A stretch of 64,000 bases of DNA, taken from Tubiluchus corallicola (taxonomy: Eukaryota; Animalia; Priapulida). The notes beneath the pieces were generated by a model. That model had not been told where the DNA came from. It saw nothing but the letters and a program-made list of their open reading frames with translations, and ran no database searches. Below are positions 29,598 through 41,300 of this stretch, in pieces; positions within the stretch are counted from its first letter, which is position 1, and the number at the start of each line of letters is the position of its first letter. The position numbers and the translations under genes were made by a program. The stretch spans positions 372,001-436,000 of the forward strand of contig JAQGDQ010000170.1 of assembly GCA_030141605.1 (NCBI GenBank). The letters are read 5' to 3'.

Positions 29598-29891
29598 GAT
29601 AACATTTATTAGTGACACTGCGTTATTAATTATATTATATTGTATTGTATTGTATTGTATTGTGTTGTGTTGTGTTGTGTTGTGTTGTGTTGTGTTGTGT
29701 TACGTTACGTTACGTTACGTTACGTTACGTTACGTCACGTCACGTCACGTCACGTCACGTCACGTCACGTCACGTCACGTCACGTCACATCACATCACAT
29801 CACATCACATCACATTACATTACATTATATTATATTATATTATATTATATTATACTATATTAATAACACAGTGCTACTAATAAATGTTATC
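29598..29891. repeat. Fold-back element: 33-bp inverted repeats enclosing a 46-unit stepwise pentamer microsatellite (MITE-like)
   Basis: Arm 29598-29630 gataacatttattagtgacactgcgttattaat versus reverse complement of 29859-29891 gataacatttattagtagcactgtgttattaat (30/33 match). Interior: (TATAT)2(TGTAT)4(TGTGT)8(TACGT)7(CACGT)10(CACAT)6(TACAT)2(TATAT)5 TATAC TATAT. Confidence 0.95.
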
Positions 29892-30511
29892 CGGTATACC
29901 CGTAAGCGGGACTTGTTTGAAATCTACTGTCACTATGCATAAAATATATCGGAAAGTTAATCATTTAAAAGGCAAGGCGAAACTGAGTGCAATATTACAA
30001 CACATTATTCCAAGTTACATTCAAGTCCTTATCGGCATTTGGTCGACTTTTTTGGTTAGCCTTTTCAGTTGGAGTTGGTTTCCACTAGCTGTTCAAATTT
30101 CGAACAGTCAAATGAAGTGACATGGCCTAATTAGTACGGCCTTCTCACTTCATAAAAAAATCGAGCATAAAATGCAAAGATAACGCAATCAGAAAATTTC
30201 AAAGCAGCGTAGTGCATCCAGAGGCTTGGTGATAGGAAAGTGAGATACGTGATAGAAAGTGACCGATTTCATTGTGCTTAAATGCTCTTGAATTTTACAC
30301 AATGGGTTTTCGTACAAACTTGATCCAATTCATGTGAATGACGTCCAACTTCAGAAAGCAAAGAATTAAAAACACCGAGAAGAAAATCGTGTTAAGCATC
30401 AAGAAAGTCGTGCATCGGAATTTAACCTAGTATTTTTCAAAGAAAGGTATGGAAGAAAGTGTGGAGAGAAAGAGAGTCGGTAACATAGAAAAAGAAAAAA
30501 GACAGAAAAAG

Positions 30512-30616
<105 letters not shown>

Positions 30617-33600
30617 TGTTGTAGGTGTGTATTACTTTCACCACAATACTTCAATGCAGACTATTATTAGGCGTACCTGTATTCTTACACATCAAAATTC
30701 TGCTATTTGGTTTTATAAAGTTTCGCACAAAGTTTATGACAGTGCAGCAAGTTTAAGGAGGATGAATGTCTTGCTGTAACCGACCAGTACAAGTCCGCAG
30801 TTAAAATAAAATTACTTCCTGAAAAGAAATTACAGACAGGTGGTCAGTTCAACTTTGACACCTTGACCACAAAGTGACCGGTGCTGCACTATGGGCGATG
30901 ATGATGAGGGTTATTCACCTTTTATACTGTTCAAAATTGTCTTTATAATAGGTGACGAAAGAAATGACGTTAGAAACTGAGGCAAATAGGTGAAAAGATT
31001 TACCGGCAAAACCTACAACGGTGAGAACGGCTAAAGCCTGTTCAACAGCCAAGAACCCGTTAGGCAAAGCTTACCATATGCTTTGACAACATTATTATAT
31101 ATGCTGTTGAGCGTGCGTACTTGAACTCAACCCACTGTGGTAGTTCTTAAATCTGTCCATATATCAGTTTACTCTACAATTATCACTGGCCTTTTGTAGC
31201 TTTCAGATGACCTGCTGAAAGAAAAGATTAGGAAAAGACATGCACGCTTCAAAAACTGGCTTTGGATGTAGACTAGAATAATTATTGCACTGCGTTGAGG
31301 GAAGAGGCATTGAACTCGAAATGCAGCAGAAGGTTACAATATGTTTGTGATTCTTTTCCTGTCGACGCCTTGCTCGTTTATTAATTACATTACAGTAATG
31401 AGAATATTTGATGCAAAATTAGTGTTAACAGTCTTTAAGAAAGTGGAAACCCAGTATAATCTTTGTCAAGATTTGCAAGCATTTAAGAATTTCAAAGACA
31501 AAAACAATTGAAAACTTCATCGCTTCAATATTTCAAAATCAAACGAAATGTTATTGTAATCTGTTATCGCGACTTAATTAACCGACTAAGAAAGCAGGTA
31601 AGACTTACTATCTACATACTTTAAAAATAATTAATAATTCGCAGAAAATCTCTTAGTTCATCACCTTGCCCATACGAAGGATACAGCCATTAAAACTGCT
31701 GAACATGCAACACTTAGCTTTTTGATTAATCAATTTGGCAAACAAAATCAGCTGTTGTTACAATAAAGTCAGTTGTGGTATCAAGTTTTGTGTGCATGAG
31801 GGCACTGGGGTTGAGACTCTGTATTACTGCGGTTGCGTTTTTCCATAATTATTCTTAACTACGTTAGGATTTAAGGATTACATTATTTTGATTCATTCGG
31901 ATTTATTAAGACAAACTGCACACAGGGAGTGTATACTACAACTAGATTGGTTAACACAGGATTAGTAAGAAACATGCAATTATAAATTTCAGGGATGTAG
32001 CACGAATTATATATGTCACGAAAGTACGTGCCGCCAAACACAAAATGGGAAAATTAAGGCGTGTATGTTTATTAAAAGCGTTTGGAAAATCTAAAGATAA
32101 AATAAGGGTAAGACCGACCGACATACTATGAAGGCTTGGTTCTTAATATGTCATTACGCCCAAGACTAATTTGTTATCTACAATCACTTTTAGATAAGCT
32201 AATTTGGCTTTTTAAAATGTCAATGATTATCAATTTTGGATGGTATTTGCTGGAAGCAAAGACTTTTCCCAGAAAAGGAAAACAACACAGGTGACAAACG
32301 AGATAGGTGTATCCTGCTTGCGGATGACTTTTTTCGCATTCATAATCGTAACTGACACAGACTGTTGCCTGAAGCAGTTCAAGGGTACACATGCTGGTCT
32401 CACGTTTGATAAGTTTGCGCCCTTCTCCGACCATTCCAGACATACCTGCTGCTAAATGTGACATGTGATGCCCACCTCTTTTTAGAAAGAATCTCTGACC
32501 TTTTTGGAGACATCTGTGCAAAACTAATACAGGATGCCCGGTAGGGTAATAACAAGCTTTAATCTCGATAATTTTTGACCTATTTGGTATTGCATCCAAT
32601 CTGTGCCGAAGTGAAAAGCGTGTCAAGACACAGGTGGGAGGGATATAAACTTTTTGTTGTTATTGTACATGTATTATAGTGGCTGCATGAATATTTAAAT
32701 TCTAACCGAGTAAGTAAGAAAGAGAAATTTTGGTAGCCCTGCCATTGATAGTTTTGAAAAACACGTAGTTTCATTGTTTTAGGTTACTATCATTAGTTAA
32801 TTTTGACTGCAAGCGCTAACGAAAGTGTGGTGTACCATCCCTAAACCGTTTTTACGAAAATTACTTACAGCTTTGCTAATTATAGCTACTAAACAAAGAT
32901 AAAAGGTATTTCTTATGTTAAGCTTACAAATACTAATTGTTGACTGCTACTATAGCGAAAGCCTAATTCCCCGAGCATTCAGTGTTTTTCTTTTTCTTGA
33001 TGGAAACAATCACCGTACAGTTGCCAAGAAATTACCTTTTATAATAGGAAAATGGAGAAAATGAGGTGCAGCTAAAACAGACCGCATTGATTCTTCCTGA
33101 AGTGCTTTTGCTAAATGTCTTGCAATGATATCGAATACGTACAAAATTTTTATAGGTCTGACACTGCAACCAAAGATTCAGAGGGGCAGTGCCTGTTTAA
33201 TTTAGATAGTTGTGGCGGGCCTTGACACTATCTTATTATCAATTATAACCCCATGAAAGGAAATAGTGGTGTTTTAGCTATCTTCAAACGTCAGCACAGG
33301 ATGAGACGACTGCACAATGAAATTTATCCATATGAAATCTTTCCAATCTGAAATTGTTCAGAAGCAGTTTTCCCAGTGGTCAATCATTCATTTACTACAA
33401 GGTTCGGTATTGCTTAACTTTGCAACCTTAGCATACACAATAACCACTTAGCTCCTTGTCCCTAAAATGAGAAAATGAACATTAAGTAGACGTTAAAATA
33501 CCGAAAATACTTGATGATTGCGTTAGACTGATAATTTGATGCGTTACTCTATGTCACACAATTCATTTCAAATACCGGATATTTCTACTTTTCCTTCAGC

Positions 33601-36600
33601 TCCTCGCCTTCCTCAATTCTTACTGCAGGTGTTTTCCTCCGAAGATACTTGACCGAGTTCATACCTCCAAGTATAACAAGCTTTTCAACAAGGTTATTAG
33701 CCTTTCCAGGGACAGATCACAGATGAAAAATCCTTTCTGTGGAACAAATTGTTCGGGAAAAGAAGTGCCGACATTCGTAACTTACAGGTTGGCAGGTATG
33801 CATATAATTATGCGGAATGCATGTTAAACATGTCCTGCATAACAACAATAGTGACGAGTTTATAACTGAAGGCAAAGAATCGCTCCCGCAAATACCAAAA
33901 TCCTTACAAGGCAAACAAGTGTCGAATTCCCTTAGGGTCAAACTGTATTACATATTTCTATTATAATTAACAAGAGCGCCTTGGATACGCATCTGGTTGA
34001 AAGTGGTTGAAATACCAAATTGTTTGATGATCGCTGTATATCGACAAATACGGCGCAATATAGGTCGATCCACTCACAACTCTAAAACAAAAAAGAAAGT
34101 ATTAACTAAACTAGTAGTTAGTCAACAAAATCAGTAAACGAACTAATGGGCTCCCAAATGACATTTTTCTCTGACAATCACAGTTCTGAGATAAAAAGGA
34201 AATTGAACTCAAACATATTGTCGGCCTCATTAATCATACCATTAGACTCGTTTTAAAAAGTCTTGTCATGAGACAGATGCGTTTACATGTCTGAGTACAT
34301 TAGCTAGAGACATGATTTTAGACACGCTCGTGATTAACCCGTAGCCCGGCATGTCTGACACCCATTTTAACTAACGTTAGGGCAATAGGGCTCGTTAATC
34401 AAAATTAGCAGAAATGTGAAGAATAATGTGTGTTAAAAGAATGCTGTAACTTTTCTTATATGTCGGTATCATAATGTTGCATCGTACCATGCCGTATCAC
34501 ATTGCAATCGTTCTGTAGTATATAGTGTAACAAATATTCCTGCCTTATCTGTAGCAAATCAAGACATAGCGCGAGTTCAACTTTTTCACATTTTTTTTCT
34601 TTTATCCACGTTTGATTTCAAAAAATGAAAATAAGTTAAATAACTAATTAAGATTAAAAATCAAAATTAAAAATTAAAATTAAAATCAATTAAAATTAAA
34701 ATGATTCATTCCCCATTAATTAGTAATCTAGCTTCAAGATGAGATAGAAATAATTGCCACATTTAGTAAAACCAGCGATAAATAATTTAACATACAACAT
34801 AACTCTGCAGAGTTGAACCCTTCTTTTTGTAAAGCTTCTTGATTGTGCTTAAAACAATATGAGATTAAGTGTCATATTGCTTAGGGTTTCTCGACAGGGG
34901 CAAATCAGCGAATTTTCATTCACTGTCACGAATAATCTTGTGGCACAAATTGCGTGAACCTTGGTTTAAAAACCTTAAAGACATTTAAACTACCCATCCC
35001 TCTGTGTAACCAGACTGACGCAAAATCGGATCGAAATAACGGAATGTGATAAGATTATAATATGGCATCACATAATGCATGCATAATCGTCGCAAAACGA
35101 CCTTCAAAATAACGTATTAAACTCATCTCACGCTTCGTGCATTACCTCACATTTCAAAAACCTGTATGTACAGAGGGCGAGAAAGATTTACAGGATCACC
35201 CACTATTAAATCGGGAACACAAAAGTTATGTAAACATTTATATGATCCATGCATCAATAATAACGCAGGTTCTCATGGGCGTATACCTGTCGAAAAATAA
35301 CCCATCCATAGTTTGCTGTTATTATGTCGGAATTTTTATTCATTTAGTTGGATAATACTCAAAGAAAATTCCTTTTCATAAAAAGTCTGCTTAAATGCAG
35401 GTGCTATTGTGTTGAGAAACGTGCTTTTATATGTACATAATATCGTATGGGTTTGGTATATAAAATTATACCATCTTAATGTAAAACCAGTCAAAATTGA
35501 TTAATTTATGCACTGATATTGTTCTTTTATTTCAGTCATTACTGAGGTTTGTATAGAATTATTATGCAGAAGTATGCTATGCAGTTTATATGAGGTAATC
35601 AAGATGGTCAAGAGAAATTAAGTTAGCTGGAAAAGCCTATAAACGTAGAAAATTAGCAAACCTGTTAAATCGAGAGCTCAAAATGAACACAATGAACACG
35701 GAGCCTAGATGGTTGTGGCGGGACCAGAAACTAGTTTATTATCATGGGCACTCCTCTGAGTGAAATACTGAACTAACAGAAATGTGGCATCCAAGTTCGG
35801 ATACATATACATCGTCCAAAACAAAATATACAAAACTTTTAGCATGAAATGGTTAACTACCGTTTTTGAAATTAAACATCTTTTTACCTATTTCGCATTT
35901 TAGTTTTTACTGATGTACTATTTTATGTAGACAATAGATAGTATTTAACTTCTGTTGAAAAAGCTTTTTGTGCTTTTAGTGCATTACATTAATTTAATTT
36001 AGTGAGGTCATGGGGGGGGTTAGTTGAGCCACTAACGTTTTTTCCATTACTGCTTGTAGTGCTGGCTCAAATAAATTACAAAGAACGCAAGAATGATAAA
36101 AAGATGAAAAAAGGTGCATTGGCAATAAACGCACACAAAATAAGTACATATGCAATCTACCTATAACATCATTTTCTTTATAGTGAATATAAAAAAGAAT
36201 TTCCTCAAAATGACCGAAAAACTTTTAAAGAATAAATTGCTTAATAAGAGCACTTGGTTACCCGCAGAAAATTACTGGCGCCAGCCGTGTGTTTGAAATG
36301 CCAGAAAGCGAATGGCAGCTGGTTTTAACGGGATTTTATTTTCCAAGGTTAACCGCGTTCTTTCCTGGTTACACATGAGATAACATAAAAGCTCGGTGTT
36401 GTATTAATGTCTTCCTTTGTTGGATAACAACTTCAATTTCTTTCAGGACGAGTAGGATGAGTGATAGTTTGGCAGAATAGGTAAAGTTGCCCTCGGGACT
36501 GATAATTCTGAGCGAATGCAAGATATTATCATTAAGTTAGAACTTCCTTCTATTCAGAACACTTTCGAACCTGGTGAACTGCGGTGAGCGACTGTTTCGG

Positions 36601-38265
36601 GAAAAGGTAGCACTAGAAAAAGAATGGTAAAGCAAGGAACAAACATTTTCTGAACCGAGTTACAATCCCCGATGCTGAGTAAAATAAGCAATTTAAAAAC
36701 ACTCTTTATTTGAATCAAATAAAGACGATACAATAAAATAATACACGCAAATGTTCAAGACATGCTACGCAAAAGAGCCTTAATTAAAGTTTATTGCAAT
36801 CTCGTCCAGGGACTGGGAGACAAAAACGTACAATAATCAAGTTGCAACGAAATTAATTAAAAAATAAAAAAAATCAAATCAAATAATAAAAAGGAAATTC
36901 GGGTTAAAATACATGTATGTCAAATGCAGCTTTAGATATCTAATAATTAAATTATTTTATCGTTTTATCGTGTTTCCATTTCTACTAGCTTGCTAGGAAT
37001 TAGGTGAGTTTTTTAGGTGTTACAGGTGACTATACCAAATAGATTTTATAATACTATTGATTGATTCTTTATCCCAATAAAGTCGCTAACTTGCTCCTGG
37101 AAATTATAAGATGTCTCACTTCTCTGCTTGCCTGTATCAATTCTGAAGTCGATGAAGACGAGTAAGGCGAGATTATTGTGTGATTACATGGGGGGGGGGG
37201 TGACTGAAAACTAAAATGGTTGATTGTCTACTTGATAATCGAAGGCTTGATAATGTGAACACATCGTTAACGGAGTTACTGTTATATAGACATTTAGTAA
37301 TTCTGCCGTCTGGTGAATGGACAGGACGCTTCGTAATTGGAGAGGGGCAAGTGGACGCTTCGCAACTAAACCATTTGGTAATTTACATATTTCCTAAGCG
37401 GACGTCTACGATATACGCTGTTTGTATGTATTGTCATTTTACAATAGTTTATGCTAGTTTCGTTTCCGCGCTAGTTTCCTCACATATATTAACAAGTGGG
37501 GTATGAATAGAAGTAAGAAGTATTATTATGTGGTGCTGCCTGCGACTGGTGTCTGATAGGGGCTCGCGTTAACATTGTCCTGGAAGCCAGGGACGGAATG
37601 AGCAGACGGACGGAAAGCCGTCTGATCATTGTTCAATTTTCAATTTTATGTTCTTTCACTTATCAGGCTGAAACGGGTATCTTTGTTAACAGATGGCGCC
37701 ACCATTACGGGACGGTGGCTTTCACCTATAATAGACGCTCGTTCAGAGTCCGGTGTCATGTCACTACACTCAGTGTTTTGGTGTTTTAAACTAAACTACA
37801 TGGCAACACTGCGCAAAGTTGCAAACATATTTTTAGACCTTCCCCTTAATATAACAATAAAATTAGTTTTCTGGGCATTGCGAATATTTGGGTCCCGATG
37901 TCTTTTATTTACCTCCCCGATTCTGCCATTAATGGCCGAGTTGAAGCCGAGTCCGTTATGAACGTTAATGTACAAAGAATGTCATTTGTATTAGTTATAA
38001 TTACTTATAAACTATGATGCCCCTATTTCTGCACCTCGCTTTGCACACATTACAGAAGACTGCTATCAAAGAACAAGTTTGCTTTTATCGTAGCAAAGTG
38101 GCTTGAAAGAACAAACAGAAGTTACAAAAAAAATCATACAAACGAACAGAGTGGTACATGTGGCATGTTATTTACTTTAATATAAAGAATCGTTACTACA
38201 ATATGAAAAGGTGGAGATATTGATAGCGTTTGTTAAAACGTATCTAAAAAATGTTCCATCAAATT

Positions 38266-38271
38266 TTTATT
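38266..38271 (-). terminator. Probable polyadenylation signal of gene A
   Basis: AATAAA on the minus strand about 37 nt downstream of the stop codon. Confidence 0.55.
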
Positions 38272-38307
38272 AAACTCTGAATGAATACTCAAATTTACTG
38301 GTAATTA

Positions 38308-41300
38308 TTATGCGTCCAAAAACACAGAAATATTAGGTGATTCAATCTCGGAACAGGGTTTCAAGTATCTCTCTTTTCCACCATTGCCATTCCTTGGCTT
38401 CACAACATGGAATGCCGATGGTTGAATTTCCGTGATGTCCGTGTTTTCACATATAACACCCGCCAACGTTACCTTCTGAATTTCAGCTATTTGTGCTAGA
38501 AAAATTAATACCGTGAAAACATTTTATATCAGTACAAAATTATTCGATCAACATTCACAGTTCTCGCCATTTTTGTTTCTAATAGTAGGCTGCCAGTTTT
38601 GATATAAAAGGCAATAACCCATCTGTTATTATCTCACGAACAGTGACAGGTACAGGCCTGTTTTACGTTAACTTGGTCCGTTAAAGCATCCATGATGTAC
38701 AGGAAGAACATCTTTGAATATTTCAAAGTTTCAGCAATTTAGTATTCACGCAATGGGTTAAAGAAAAAGATTGCAATTAGCCGTTAAACGCAATTTCGCA
38801 ACTTATCTTACTTCAATTTTTGGTTCTAATAAAAAACAAGTGAAGCACTCTCCTGCGCAGATAGCTAGGAAGAATGAAAGATTGAATAAGAAGAGTTAAA
38901 TGCGCCACAATCAATCGAATGAACCAGTAATTAAAACAAAAATACACCACCAACTAAATCAAACGACATATGCCCGACCAACAAAACAAACAAGATCGCC
39001 TGCCACTGAACTAATAAACAAACAACTGACAAAACAATTCGAATGGATGGACAATGAAAAAAAAATCGAACAAACAAGTAAATAAACAAACTACGAAAAG
39101 TCAGGCAGTCACCCAACGATGCAAAATTAATGAATCCCGCGGAAACTCAATATAGTCTGCAGTCAAATTTTCACTCGCTGTATTTTATGTAAAACAGCAA
39201 ATCCATTTACACAAATGCAGGAACTTTCTGCCAGTGAAAGTGCTATCATTAGAAAGAATAAATGCGTAGTGGAATAGTTTGCTTATTTTTATTTAGAATA
39301 ACATTATATCTGTCAAGGTTTTGCTTCAACTTGCTTTTTATTCGTTCGTGATCAATTTTAAGCACAACAGTCAGATTGCACTCTTTTGCAAGTGTCAAAA
39401 AGTGCAATGTCATACTGTATGATTAGCATGAAAAATAAATTCGGTAAGTCACTACACCTGCAGCATGTTTTAAAGGAACCATGCCTGCCTACCCACTTGT
39501 CTATATCTGCTTACTCAACATCATGTACACGATGATATAAGAACTTTCCTGCCTATCGGGCCGACTTGTATAACCATATAACATTTAAATATAGCAAATA
39601 GCCCATAACCATTGATAGACTATTAAACTACTTCTAGCAATTCCTTACCCGGTGTAAAAGCATTCTGGTACCAATATCGATCTCCATGTATTATAGATTC
39701 GAATTGCCTTCCGATGATGCAAGAAAAAGTTGGCCCAAGATTTGCACCTGGTACCAGATATTCAGCCAGTCCACCAGGGAATAAATCGATACATTCTGGG
39801 CAGTCACTAAAAATAAACGAGCTAGCATGAAAAGTAAGTGTTAACAAACGATTTTCAGCGTAGCTTACAAATGTTGATTCACATAATACACTTTTCTGAT
39901 TTAAAAATGTTCAAGTTGTTGGCAATTTTTATTATTAAAACATTTATTTTACTATTTAATTTTTTCCGAAAATTTACTGCAGAAAGTTTTGCGAGGATTT
40001 GCAGAAGTTACAGTTTCTTTGAACACAGACGTAAAATTTACTGTTCACTTTTTACGTGCATAAATGTACGAGTCTTATAACTTTAGTGCCTGGTAATTTT
40101 TTGTGCCTAATAATAAATAACTAAACTCAGTAAATAAATTTCCGCTGTCTTGCCTGCAGTTTAATTAAACATAAAACTATTTTATGAGAATGTGAAAAAA
40201 TTAAAGAAAAAACAAATGGCAGTGCACTTTATTTACCCATAAACCTGGATAAGCAGTTCCTTGTTCTCTTTGCTTATATTAGGCAAATCGTTGATACTAG
40301 AAACGTCTGTGAACTTTATATCGCACTTTTCAGCTGCCCATTCTCTGCAAAGATACCAGTTTCCGTTTAATTATTTATTCAAATACGATGGCAGTAATTA
40401 GTCAACTTAATTATTGCAAATAGAAATAAAAACAGCCTTCCTCGTAATTATGTCATCGTTTTGAAATTTTATGGACGTGTTTCACACATTTATAAAGATG
40501 TTTGGGCTTACCTGTGAGCCACATAGGAAGCCATACCATGCTCTCTTCCTCGCTGAATATTGATGGCAGAAAGATCTTGTCCAAGTTGCTTGTCATAGTC
40601 GCGAAATAATTGGTTCCGCAAATCTTCGACAATGAATCTGAAAGCCAGACAGAAATGCTTGCGAACGATTTCTGGATGAATCACAGTTTTTTGCAAGAAA
40701 ATGACTGCTAACTGCATGTATATGTAACCCAGGGGTCGTTTATTTATGCCAAACAAAGCGATGGCGTGGGATGCTTCTTAGACGTAATGAAAATTGAAGA
40801 CGTAATATATACAAGTGTTTTGACAGATGACACTGCAGCCTTGAGCATCACGATCTCTATCCAGTCAAATGTATAAACGTATAATCAGTTGATCTGTGTA
40901 TCATTTTTTATTGCTTGGCAGGTAATTGTCGACTCACTAAAGCGATGTCACAAAATGATATTTATGAGATCAGTACAAATAACTTAGACAGGTTCAGTCA
41001 TCAAGTGCTCTGTACAGTCGTGTACACGTACCTATCTGTCCCCCAAGATTTGAACATGCTCATGGCTTTCAGTGTTGGATCTATGGTCTCAGTTGTATCC
41101 TCTGAAAATGTTGGATTAAAGAATGTGTCTGATACTCTGACATCATCTTTACTCCCGTCAGCCCACTGGCGACTATACTCGGATCCAACCATTGAGTGTC
41201 CAAATCTAAAAATTGTGAGTATGAGGTCACACAATTGTTCATCTATTATTAAATAAGATATTAGATGATATCAGAGTTCTATAGGCTGCAGGTTTTAGAA

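Noticed and set aside
32174-32626. Longest ORF in the track (150 aa, minus strand)
   Set aside because: Non-ATG start, no recognisable domain and no convincing splice context
34337-34400. AACCCGTAG match to the miR-100 5' end
   Set aside because: Only 9 nt match and the flanks do not form a pre-miRNA-quality hairpin
37688-37702. CAGATGGCGCCA CTCF-like motif downstream of gene A
   Set aside because: Single partial motif that cannot be distinguished from chance without ChIP or conservation data
40915-41256. Plus-strand ORFs overlapping peroxidase exons (also 42083-42331, 45967-46218, 48430-48822, 59290-59472, 61949-62224, 62893-63174)
   Set aside because: These are antisense shadows of the real minus-strand exons
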